Under the pieces are notes generated by a model. The model was given only the letters and a program-made list of their open reading frames with translations. It searched no databases and was not told the origin of the DNA. The position numbers and the translations under genes are program-made. A stretch of 63,186 nucleotides of DNA, counting the filler, from a bacterium (GTDB taxonomy: Bacteria > JACRDZ01 > JAQUKH01): assembly GCA_028719205.1 (NCBI GenBank). It is 3 parts of 3 records of this genome, joined end to end, with 100 filler letters (N's around TTAATTAATTAA, not from the genome) between each part and the next. Parts side by side here need not be neighbours in the genome. Positions count along the whole stretch, not along the records: positions 30,696 to 59,911 come from JAQUKH010000032.1; 2 more parts are not named here. The stretch is one strand, 5' to 3'. Shown piece after piece: positions 47,506 to 56,892 of the stretch. The stretch's first letter is position 1; every line of letters begins with the position of its first letter.

Positions 47506-50500
47506 TTATACCTTCGGCAAACTCACTACAACCGCAGTCCCTTTACCCGCACCTTCTGAATAGATATTGATCTCTCCTTTATACATCTCAACCATTTCTT
47601 TGCAGATCGAAAGCCCAAGTCCGGTTCCCTCGATCGCGGCGTGGCGTTTATAAAATTTATCAAATACCCTGTTTATATCTTTTACGGATATGCCGCACCC
47701 GGTATCCCTAACCTCAATCTCAACCATTTCACCTTTAAGCCTGCTGATCACAGAAATTGTACCGTTATCAGTGAATTTTACCGCGTTATCCAGAAGATTA
47801 TTCAAAATGGTTTTAATATCCCTGTCCTCCATTTTAATTCTATCTGCATCTACAGGTATATTAATTTCTAACTGCAGGCCTTTCCTTTCCAATAACATCT
47901 TTAGATTATTTGTAATTCCTGACATTACAGCATTTATTGATGCATTCTTATCTTTTTTTCCGATAATATCTTTATGAACATCCATTGAAAATTCCTGTAA
48001 AATATTTGTAATGTCTTTACGTAGTTTCTCAAGATTTTCCGACGCTATCTTATTAGCTTTTTCAATGCTTTCTTTATCACCTGAATCTATACTTTTCTTA
48101 ATTATATCAAACGCCATTTCAGTCATCGCGATCGGCGTTTTTAAAGTGTGAGACATATCGCGTATCAGGTTTTTTTTCGCCTGTTCAACTTTTTTATATT
48201 CAGTAATGTCTTCACTGATCTTAATAAAAGCTATCGCTTCATTGTTTGTATCAAAAACAGGGTAAGTATGAAGAATAACCGGCAAACGGGTCCCATCGGT
48301 GCAAACGCATTCTGATTCAATTCTTACCGCTTTTTTAAAAGCCATGGATTCTGTGCCGGGGCAATGGAGACAAACTAAACTGCTTTTCGCGCAAACCTCA
48401 AAACAATGTTTATCTATTACGTCCTCTTTTGTAACACCAAACATTTTATCGAACGCTCTATTTGTTGTTACAAATTTGTAATCCTTATCAATCAGGCATA
48501 CGCCCAGATTAATATTTTCTATCAAAGTCCTATAACGCCCTTCGCTTTCCCGGAGAGCTTCTTCCGCCTTCTTACGTTCAGAAATATCCTGCGCTGTTCC
48601 GCGCAACCCTGTGACCTTTCCCCGGGCATCGAGCTTGGTTTCACTGCGGGCTGTAACCCAGCGGCACGGCCCTTTTGGATCGGCAAGCTCCAGATCGATC
48701 TCGTATGGTTCACCGGTTTGCAGGTTTCTTTTTACCGCGGCATCCAGCCGCGCCGCGCTTTCAGGTGTGTACGCCTTTAGATGTTCCTCGTATCCCGGCG
48801 GGCGCTGTGCCGGATCGAACCCATAGATGCGATAATATTCTTTAGACCAGGTAATAGTATCAGTTATCGCGTCCCAGTCCCAGCTGCCAAGCCGTCCAAC
48901 ACGTTGGGCTTCCTTAAGATCAGCTTCACTTTTATGTAGAGCTTTTTCCACCTGCTTGCGCTCAGTAAGGTCGTAAGCAAGCACGGCAACGCCGATAACC
49001 TCTCCTGTTTCAGTCGTAATAGGGCTATGGGATACCTGAAAATATTGCCGCGACCGGAGTTCTTCTCCCGAATATGACTCCTCCACAAGTTGCTCTCCCG
49101 CCAACGCGCGATCAAGATTGCCCTTGGCGGTTTCTCTATCCTCCGTCACAGTCATATAATCCAACAGGCTGCGGCCTTTTTCGATATCCGCTCCGTAGAT
49201 CACTTTCATGACTGCAGCATGTTCCTTATTAAAACTTGTGTAACGATACTGCCTGTCCACGGAAAAAACCAGCGCGTTGGAATTGTCAATAATACTGTGT
49301 AAAGTCAAGTATTGTTCTTTCAGTGTTTTCTCTGCCAGTTCGCTCTCACGCTCTACTTCCATCGTATCAAGCACAAACGAAATATCGATGCTGATTTCTT
49401 CAAGCAACCCTAATTCTCCCTTGATGAAAAAATCTGGCTCTGCAGCATAAAGATTCAAATACCCGATGGCCTTACCTTTAACACTAAAAGGAATTACGGC
49501 AAAGGAGCAATTGCTAAACACGCTGTCAGATTGCCGGGGTTGATCAGTCTGGACGTTCTGGCAAATAATAACCTTACCGGTGCTGAGGGCGGAATTAATC
49601 GCAGTATTTAATTTATTATCGATATGGCCATCCACATATTGCCGGTATCGCGCTTCATCCCCGGCATACGTCACAGGATTAACCTTACCGCCGGATTCAT
49701 CTACCAAACCAACCCACGCCGTAGTAAATTGCCCTACATCCACCACAACGCTGCAAATTTTCTGAAGCAACTCTTCCTTCTGTTTCACTCTAACAATGGT
49801 TTGATTTACCTGGCTTAGTGTGGCATACAAACGCGTGAGATTGTGGAGGCGCACCTCCGCACGCTTACGCTCGGCAATTTCTCCCCGTAGTTTCTCGCTA
49901 GTCTCTAAAAGTTTTATGTACGGATATTGGATCGATATTTCGAACATGCCCAGATATATCAGAAAAAAGGCAACCAGTTTATAGATATGCCCCAGCATGT
50001 TATAGGTGTCATAAGCGCTTTTATATAATGTAAATGCCAGCTCGCTAAAAATACACATGATGAGTGCCGCCAAATACAAAATAAAAATCCGGTCACCCGT
50101 TTTTGAGAGGCGCTTCCAATACACAACAAATGACAGGGCGAACAAGCCGACAATAAGGCACTCTGAATATATTTTGGCTGGTGTAAGGCCGATTCCTTCA
50201 ATAAACATTACCGGCAGATACGCCGGATAGTAAATATCGCTTATAAAAACCAGCCCGCTTATGGCAAAGGCGACAATCAGCAGGTTTTTTTTCGAAAGCC
50301 AGTGATTTGGCGTTTCCGGATAAATATACGCGCTGACAATAAATGCACAGGCGGAAACCGTTCTCGCCGCTATCCAAAACAGGATGCCCTTGTTGGTTGA
50401 ACTTGGAGTTATAAAGTCCGGCATGCCCGGAAAACTCAAAGCATGCATGAAATCTATAAGGCTTACGGCAAGAAAGGCAGCGCTGAGAAACAGGGCATAC

Positions 50501-50730
50501 CGGTTTCTGGACTGGTTAAAAGCGAACCATCCAACACCGAAAATCGATAGTGAAACCATCACACTAAAAAACTCGATAATATTGTGAAATACAAGATAGG
50601 GTGGAGCCTTCAGCGTCATATGCAGTTGCGGTTGGAATAACATGACTAACAAGAACAAGGACAGCGACAACCCAAACACAGCTGTCAAAATAGCATACGG
50701 CGATAGTTTGGTCAGACTTATTGTTTTCAT
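47506..50730 (-). CDS. Sensor histidine kinase MASE3-GAF-PAS x3-HK
   Basis: FHNIIEFFS, DFMHALSFPGMP, FWIAAR, GHIYK (MASE3-like); DMSHTLKTP; NLLDNAVKFT; GTGLGL. Confidence 0.9.
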   Translation of the reverse strand: MKTISLTKLSPYAILTAVFGLSLSLFLLVMLFQPQLHMTLKAPPYLVFHNIIEFFSVMVSLSIFGVGWFAFNQSRNRYALFLSAAFLAVSLIDFMHALSFPGMPDFITPSSTNKGILFWIAARTVSACAFIVSAYIYPETPNHWLSKKNLLIVAFAISGLVFISDIYYPAYLPVMFIEGIGLTPAKIYSECLIVGLFALSFVVYWKRLSKTGDRIFILYLAALIMCIFSELAFTLYKSAYDTYNMLGHIYKLVAFFLIYLGMFEISIQYPYIKLLETSEKLRGEIAERKRAEVRLHNLTRLYATLSQVNQTIVRVKQKEELLQKICSVVVDVGQFTTAWVGLVDESGGKVNPVTYAGDEARYRQYVDGHIDNKLNTAINSALSTGKVIICQNVQTDQPRQSDSVFSNCSFAVIPFSVKGKAIGYLNLYAAEPDFFIKGELGLLEEISIDISFVLDTMEVERESELAEKTLKEQYLTLHSIIDNSNALVFSVDRQYRYTSFNKEHAAVMKVIYGADIEKGRSLLDYMTVTEDRETAKGNLDRALAGEQLVEESYSGEELRSRQYFQVSHSPITTETGEVIGVAVLAYDLTERKQVEKALHKSEADLKEAQRVGRLGSWDWDAITDTITWSKEYYRIYGFDPAQRPPGYEEHLKAYTPESAARLDAAVKRNLQTGEPYEIDLELADPKGPCRWVTARSETKLDARGKVTGLRGTAQDISERKKAEEALRESEGRYRTLIENINLGVCLIDKDYKFVTTNRAFDKMFGVTKEDVIDKHCFEVCAKSSLVCLHCPGTESMAFKKAVRIESECVCTDGTRLPVILHTYPVFDTNNEAIAFIKISEDITEYKKVEQAKKNLIRDMSHTLKTPIAMTEMAFDIIKKSIDSGDKESIEKANKIASENLEKLRKDITNILQEFSMDVHKDIIGKKDKNASINAVMSGITNNLKMLLERKGLQLEINIPVDADRIKMEDRDIKTILNNLLDNAVKFTDNGTISVISRLKGEMVEIEVRDTGCGISVKDINRVFDKFYKRHAAIEGTGLGLSICKEMVEMYKGEINIYSEGAGKGTAVVVSLPKV

Positions 50731-50900
50731 ATTTTAGGAGGATAATAAAACACTTGATTCAAAACAAATACCAAACCGATACCTATAATAAATATTACTA
50801 CTGATATTTTTTAAGTCAAGCTGTAAATTTTACGGGAAATTACAAAGAGGGAAACCAAGAGGTGTTCTTTTACAAACTAAAGCGAGCGTTAATAGCGGAA

Positions 50901-52349
50901 TCACACCTTCGGCAAACTCACTACAACCATAGTACCTTTACCCACACCTCCTGAATAAATATTGATCTCCCCATCATACATTTCAGCCAGTTCTTTGCAT
51001 ATCGAAAGCCCAAGCCCTGTTCCTTCGATCGCGGCATTTCGTTTATAAAATTTTTCAAATACTCTTTTTATGTCCTTCTCAGATATGCCACAGCCGGTAT
51101 CTTTAACCTCGATCTCCACCATTTTTTCGCTGCATTTACCTGTTATTGAAATTTTACCTTTATCAGTAAACTTCACCGCGTTTTCCAGAAGATTATTCAA
51201 GATAGTTTCCAGATCCCTGACATCAATTTTGACATTATCCACATTTAACAGTAAATTAATATCCAATTGCAGGCCTTTTTCTTCTATTAATGGCATTAGG
51301 TCATTTGCAACTTTTTCTATCACAGCATTTAATGACGCGTTTTTATCCTTGGTAATAATATCTTTATATACATCTATTGAAAATTCCTGCAAAATATTAT
51401 TAACATCTTTGCGCAGCCTTCTAAGATTTTCAGATGCTATCCTGTTAGCTTTTACCAGGCTTTCTTTATCTCCCGTGTTTATACTGCTATTAGCTATATC
51501 AAACGCCATTTCAGTCATCGCGATCGGAGTTTTTAAACTATGCGAAATATCTCTTATCATATTTCTCTTTGCCTGTTCAATTTTTTTTAGTTCACTTATA
51601 TCTTCAATGACCTTAATAAAATATTTCACATCATTATTTAAATCATAAACCGGATAGGTACTAATATTAACAGGCAAATGGGTGCCGTCAGCACAGATCC
51701 TTTCTGTTTCCTCTTTAACCGCTTTTTTTGAAGCTAAGGCCTTTATGTTTGGACAATCAGGACAAACTGAATCGCGTTTATTATAGGCCTCAAAACAATG
51801 CTTTCCTTTTATCTTATCCCTATTAAGGCTAAACATTTCACAAAATCTGCTGTTTTCCATTATTAATTTAAAATCCTTATCAATTAAACATACACCCAGA
51901 TCAATATTTTCTATCAAAACTTTATAACGCTCTTCACTCTCACGTAACTGTTCTGCTGATTCCGCGATTTTAGCCGTTCGTTCTTTTACGCGAATTTCAA
52001 GCCCGTCGCGCGCTTTTTGCAGCTCTTCTTCCCTTCTGGAGATTTTTTCGCTCAGGATAACAACTACAACAGAAATAGCAATGAACATCACAGCTCTGAG
52101 AGCATCGTCTATGGTTATCTTGTTGGTGGCAAAATAATTGCTCAAAGTGAGTATTGCCGCAAGAAATACCGCGACAGAAAGGCCTTTTCTTTTCCAAAAC
52201 AGGGCTGATAGAATTATAGGAATATAAAAGAAATGAGTGAAAATAATATGTGTTTTCAGGATAAAGTGAAAATAATATGTTAGAACTACAGCTACCGCTA
52301 AAAGCACGCCCACAAGCAAAAATTTATATTTTTCTTTTAATTCAGTCAT
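50901..52349 (-). CDS. Membrane sensor histidine kinase TM-PAS-HK
   Basis: N-terminal TM block with THFFYIPII; Cys-rich PAS; DISHSLKTP; GTGLGL. Confidence 0.9.
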   Translation of the reverse strand: MTELKEKYKFLLVGVLLAVAVVLTYYFHFILKTHIIFTHFFYIPIILSALFWKRKGLSVAVFLAAILTLSNYFATNKITIDDALRAVMFIAISVVVVILSEKISRREEELQKARDGLEIRVKERTAKIAESAEQLRESEERYKVLIENIDLGVCLIDKDFKLIMENSRFCEMFSLNRDKIKGKHCFEAYNKRDSVCPDCPNIKALASKKAVKEETERICADGTHLPVNISTYPVYDLNNDVKYFIKVIEDISELKKIEQAKRNMIRDISHSLKTPIAMTEMAFDIANSSINTGDKESLVKANRIASENLRRLRKDVNNILQEFSIDVYKDIITKDKNASLNAVIEKVANDLMPLIEEKGLQLDINLLLNVDNVKIDVRDLETILNNLLENAVKFTDKGKISITGKCSEKMVEIEVKDTGCGISEKDIKRVFEKFYKRNAAIEGTGLGLSICKELAEMYDGEINIYSGGVGKGTMVVVSLPKV

Positions 52350-52376
52350 TGATCCGCCTTAATTGTTTAAAAAAAA

Positions 52377-55300
52377 TCAAGCCGCCGGCAACTTAACTAT
52401 TACCGTAGTCCCTTTGCCAGCACCCTCTGAATAAATACGGATATTTCCGTCATACATTTCAACCATTTCTTTGCAGATCGAAAGCCCGAGTCCTGTTCCT
52501 TCAATTGAAGCATGGCGTTTATAAAATTTATCAAATACCTTCTTTATATCTTTTTCTGAGACCCCGCATCCGGTATCTTTAACCTCTATCTCGATCATTT
52601 CACCATTGAGCCTGCTCGATACAGAGATATTCCCTTTCTCAGTAAATTTTATCGCGTTATCCAGAAGATTATTTAAAATGGTCTTAAGATCCCTTCCTTC
52701 AATTTTTACATTATCAGTATTTAGAGCTAAATTGGTTTCAAACTGCAGGCCCTTTTCTTCCATCACGGCCTTTAGCTCATTATAAGCTTCTTTTACCACA
52801 GCTCTTAATGACGCTTTTTTGCTTTTATCAATAACGTCTTTATGAACATCGATCGAGAATTCCAACAAAATATTAGTAACATCTTTGCGCAGTTTTTTAA
52901 GATTTCCCGAGGCGATCTTTTCGGCTTTTACCATTTCTTCTTTATTGCCGGTATTCATACTATTTTTAGCTATATTAAACGCCATTTCAGCCATCGCGAT
53001 AGGTGTTTTTAAACTGTGAGAAATATCCCTTATCATATTTTTCTTTGCCTGTTCAATTTTCTTCAATTCACTTATATCTTCAACGATCTTAATAAGATAT
53101 TTTAAATTATTATTTGAATCGTAAACCGGATAAGTAGTAATATTAACAGACAAATGGGTGCCGTCAGCACAGACCCTTTCTGTTTCCTCTTTAACCGCTT
53201 CTTTTGAAGCTATGGCCTTCTTGCTCAGACAATCAGGACAAATTGAATCGCGTTTATTATAGACCGCGAAACAATACATTCCTTTTATTTTATCCTTACT
53301 TACACCGAACATTTCGCAAAATTTACTGTTTGCCATTATTAACTTATAATCCTTATCAATTAAACATATACTTAAATTCATATTTTCTATCAAAGTCCTG
53401 TAAAGCTCTTCGCTAGCCATCAACGTTTTCTCTATCTCCTTGCGTTCCGTAATATCCTTGCCAAAACTTGTCGTACCGGCAATTACTCCTTTTAATAAAA
53501 GCGGAGTAGAATCTACCAGAAGAGTGATCAGCCGGCCCTCTTTATTATAAAATGATACTTCGTACTGAAGCGACTCCCCGCCTAAAGTTTTTTTGAATAT
53601 TTCAATGGTCTTCGGCAGGTCATCCTTAACGATAAGAGGGGCAAAGGACTTTCCGATCAGGTCTTTTTGACTAAATCCTGATATTTCTTCGGCCCGTTTA
53701 TTAAAAAATAAAAAATTACCTGCTATATCCAACGACCATATCATGTCGTTGGAATGATCGATCATCGTGCGGTATTTATTTTCACTCTCCCGCAGCGCTT
53801 CTTCCCCCTGCCTAATTTTGGTAATATCAATAAAGACCATAACCACACCATCGATCTTATTATCCATAGTCCGGTACGGCCTCACATTTACGAAATACCA
53901 GTTTTCTTGCTTGTCTTTTATTTCAAAGGCCGCAGGCCGAAGCGACTCTATTACATCAAATAGCAGTTTCTCCAGATCAGGAATATCCACGTTGAGTTTA
54001 ATTTTATTTATCGGCCTTCCGATATCGGATGAAGTTAGATTAAGCGCTTTTTCCGCCTGTAAAGTTATTTTGCGTATAACAAGGCCGGTATCCATCATAA
54101 TTACCGGCATGTTGATACTGCCGAGTAAATTTAAGAGATCATTATTTAAGGAAGATACTTCCATGTTACGGTTATTCAGTTCCTCGTTCGTGGTTGTCAA
54201 TTCTTCGTTTGAAGATTGCAGTTCCTCTTTAGACGTTTCCAGTTCCTCATTGGCGCTTTGCAATTCTTCGTTGCTGGATAATATTTCCTCATTAGCCGTT
54301 TTCAATTCTTCATTCGAGTTTTCCTGTGCTTCTATAACTGTCTGAAGATATTCTTTTGTCTCCAGAAGTTCTTTCTGCATTGCCTCAACGTATTTTTCAT
54401 CTTTTAAAGATTTTCTGCTTACTTTTGGCAGATTTTTGAAAGAAACCAAGTTCGGAATTTCTTCAAAAAGTACCAGAAAATAATCCACCTTAAGGCCTTC
54501 GAGCCTCACGGGAATAACGGTTATATCAACCCTCCGCTTGCGTTTGTTATATTTTATATTGTTTACTTGATTTATTACTGTTTGTTTTGTTACCCTTGCC
54601 TTATATATCGCCGAGCGCAAAGGTGAAAGCAGCCCTTCCCGCGCCAGTTTAAATATATTAAGGCTTGGCTTTCCGGCTGGTGATTCAAGGAAAGCGCCTG
54701 TGTGCCCGCGGAACTGGACCACTTCCATATTACTATCTATCAGCGCGCCGCATACGGCGTATTCGTTAAGCAAAATCCGGTCTATTACAATGTCGATATC
54801 ATTTTTTTTAATTTTTTTAGTATCAGCTTCTTCCTTAATTTCTATATTCTTAGGATGATAATATTTCCCGGCAAATTCATAGGGTAAACGGGCAGAAAGA
54901 GGTTTTCTCACAAAGATCCTGTGTTTCCGGTCCAATGCATCAAAAAAACTTGAATAACCTCCCACGGATTCAGAACTTCCCAGCACCAAAAAACCTCCGG
55001 GTATAAGGCTGTAATGAAAATTTTGGAATACTCTTTTCTGCAAAACCGGCTGGAGATATATCAAAAGGTTTCGGCAGATTATAAGGTCTATATTAGAAAA
55101 AGGCGGGTCGTTAAAAACATTCTGCCTTGAAAAAATACATATCTCCCTCAACTGTTTAGAGACCTTATAAAAATTACCTTCTTTTATAAAAAACCTTTTC
55201 AGGCGCTCCGGTGTAATATTATCCTTTATAGTTTCTCCATATATACCTTTGCGCGCTTTTCTTATGCTGTTTTCGCTTACATCAGTGGCAAAGATCTGGA

Positions 55301-56309
55301 TAGACTTTTTTGTTTTATTCTCCATAGCTTCAAACATGCATATCGCGATAGAATAAACATCCTCCCCAGTGGAACAGCCTGAAACCCAAATTCTCACATC
55401 CTGATCTTTTGTCTTTTTTTTGAGAATTTCCGGACAGACCCGTTTTTTTAATGTATTAAAAACTTCCGGATCGCGGAAGAATTCTGTAACGTTTATCAAA
55501 AGGTCTTCATAAAGTTTTCCTACCTCATCCTTATTCCCCCGCAGATATTTCACGTAGTCTTTAATTTTATTAAGTTTTAAAAGTACCATTCGGCGCAATA
55601 TGCGCCGTGATATGGTTGCATCTTTATAATTAGTAAAGTCAAGCCCGTTAGAAGCGAGCAAAATCTTAAAAACTTCCTCAAAACCTTTTTCATCCAGCTT
55701 CACAGTCTCCGCGGGCGATATAACGGGATGTTTCACGATACGCGCCAATTCCTCCGCGATCTTTTTTGGAGAAAATACAAAATCCACGCAGCCCGAGGCG
55801 ATCGCGCTATTCGGCATCCCATCATATTCAGCTGTTTTATCATCCTGCGAGAAAGTAATACCTCCTTCTGTCTTTATTGCTTCAGCTCCCAGGGTCCCGT
55901 CTGACCCTGTTCCTGAAAGAATAACACCTATGGCCTTCATACCTATTTCTTTCGCGAGTGAATGAAAAAAATAGTCCAAAGGCATATGAGGTAAATCCGT
56001 TTTAGTCATATTTTTGAGTAATAATTTTCCGTCAGAGATAGATATATTCATATCAGGAGGTATTACAAAAACATGGTTTGCTTTTACGCGCATCCCGTTC
56101 TTTACCCGGCTCACCGGCATCTTTGTCACTTCGGAAAGCAGTTCCGGCAGCGCACTTTTATGTTCGGGCAATAAATGCATTATAAATACAAATGCCATTC
56201 CTGTTTTATCCGGCAGATTTTTAAGCAGTTCTTTAAAAGCCCTGAGCCCTCCGGCGGAACCGCCGATGCCTACAACGGGAAAAGACGGAATTGTTTTTCT
56301 TTTTTTCAT
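52377..56309 (-). CDS. CheB methylesterase-CheR methyltransferase-PAS-histidine kinase fusion
   Basis: GIGGSAGG, LSGTGSDG, INVTEFFRD, GCSTGED, CRNLLIY, NEELQS coil, DISHSLKTP. Confidence 0.92.
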   Translation of the reverse strand: MKKRKTIPSFPVVGIGGSAGGLRAFKELLKNLPDKTGMAFVFIMHLLPEHKSALPELLSEVTKMPVSRVKNGMRVKANHVFVIPPDMNISISDGKLLLKNMTKTDLPHMPLDYFFHSLAKEIGMKAIGVILSGTGSDGTLGAEAIKTEGGITFSQDDKTAEYDGMPNSAIASGCVDFVFSPKKIAEELARIVKHPVISPAETVKLDEKGFEEVFKILLASNGLDFTNYKDATISRRILRRMVLLKLNKIKDYVKYLRGNKDEVGKLYEDLLINVTEFFRDPEVFNTLKKRVCPEILKKKTKDQDVRIWVSGCSTGEDVYSIAICMFEAMENKTKKSIQIFATDVSENSIRKARKGIYGETIKDNITPERLKRFFIKEGNFYKVSKQLREICIFSRQNVFNDPPFSNIDLIICRNLLIYLQPVLQKRVFQNFHYSLIPGGFLVLGSSESVGGYSSFFDALDRKHRIFVRKPLSARLPYEFAGKYYHPKNIEIKEEADTKKIKKNDIDIVIDRILLNEYAVCGALIDSNMEVVQFRGHTGAFLESPAGKPSLNIFKLAREGLLSPLRSAIYKARVTKQTVINQVNNIKYNKRKRRVDITVIPVRLEGLKVDYFLVLFEEIPNLVSFKNLPKVSRKSLKDEKYVEAMQKELLETKEYLQTVIEAQENSNEELKTANEEILSSNEELQSANEELETSKEELQSSNEELTTTNEELNNRNMEVSSLNNDLLNLLGSINMPVIMMDTGLVIRKITLQAEKALNLTSSDIGRPINKIKLNVDIPDLEKLLFDVIESLRPAAFEIKDKQENWYFVNVRPYRTMDNKIDGVVMVFIDITKIRQGEEALRESENKYRTMIDHSNDMIWSLDIAGNFLFFNKRAEEISGFSQKDLIGKSFAPLIVKDDLPKTIEIFKKTLGGESLQYEVSFYNKEGRLITLLVDSTPLLLKGVIAGTTSFGKDITERKEIEKTLMASEELYRTLIENMNLSICLIDKDYKLIMANSKFCEMFGVSKDKIKGMYCFAVYNKRDSICPDCLSKKAIASKEAVKEETERVCADGTHLSVNITTYPVYDSNNNLKYLIKIVEDISELKKIEQAKKNMIRDISHSLKTPIAMAEMAFNIAKNSMNTGNKEEMVKAEKIASGNLKKLRKDVTNILLEFSIDVHKDVIDKSKKASLRAVVKEAYNELKAVMEEKGLQFETNLALNTDNVKIEGRDLKTILNNLLDNAIKFTEKGNISVSSRLNGEMIEIEVKDTGCGVSEKDIKKVFDKFYKRHASIEGTGLGLSICKEMVEMYDGNIRIYSEGAGKGTTVIVKLPAA

Positions 56310-56410
56310 TTAATTTCCCCTGAAATAAAAAATCCAAACCCTCTGGCCTGCGCCAAAGGATCTGGATCAATAAAATTTTTTATCAGAATAGTAATAATTG
56401 TAAGCGCCAT
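56306..56410 (-). CDS. Putative 34-aa leader peptide MALTIITILIKNFIDPDPLAQARGFGFFISGEIK
   Basis: AGGGGA SD; the frame crosses a terminator hairpin and ends in an ATGA overlap with the CheB/CheR start. Confidence 0.4.
   Translation of the reverse strand: MALTIITILIKNFIDPDPLAQARGFGFFISGEIK
56327..56366 (-). terminator. Attenuator-like terminator in the 5' leader of the CheB/CheR kinase
   Basis: TCCAGATCCTTTGGC-GCAG-GCCAGAGGGTTTGGA then TTTTTTATTT; promoter TTGACA(56465)-16 nt-TAAAAT upstream. Confidence 0.7.
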
Positions 56411-56576
56411 AGTTGTTCCCCTGTTTTACCTATACTGATTTTACTACTAATACCTTATATGTCAAATGCTAATTTTTATACAGTTCCAATGTTGTTGTTT
56501 CAATATTTCCGGTAAGAGATAATTTGATTCTGAATTCGAGTAGAGGGAGTAGCAGCATCCCAAAAGAAACAGTTTT

Positions 56577-56747
56577 TTATTTCTCTGTTTTATAGGCTTT
56601 CAGTATTTTCTCCGCTTCCGCCGCCATTTTTTCAAATTTAGGATCCTTTGGCAGATCACGGCCTTTCATTAATGCTTCAACAGTTTTTGATTTTTCCGTT
56701 TGTTTAAGATTTAATGTCTTTGATATTATTTTTTCTATTGGTAACAT
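56577..56747 (-). CDS. Small hypothetical protein (56 aa)
   Basis: MLPIEKIISKTLNLKQTEKSKTVEALMKGRDLPKDPKFEKMAAEAEKILKAYKTEK with AAAGGTG SD; absent from the ORF track, whose shortest entries are 60 aa. Confidence 0.55.
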   Translation of the reverse strand: MLPIEKIISKTLNLKQTEKSKTVEALMKGRDLPKDPKFEKMAAEAEKILKAYKTEK

Positions 56748-56892
56748 ATTTTGCACCTTTCGTAAATTTTTATTTCCGCGAATTATAACACAATTTTCTT
56801 AATATTTTAATTTTCCTGATTTTTATTTTTAATGCGTATTTTTTTATTTACCTTTGATATTATGAATTAGTTTCAAAGAATATTATTATTTT

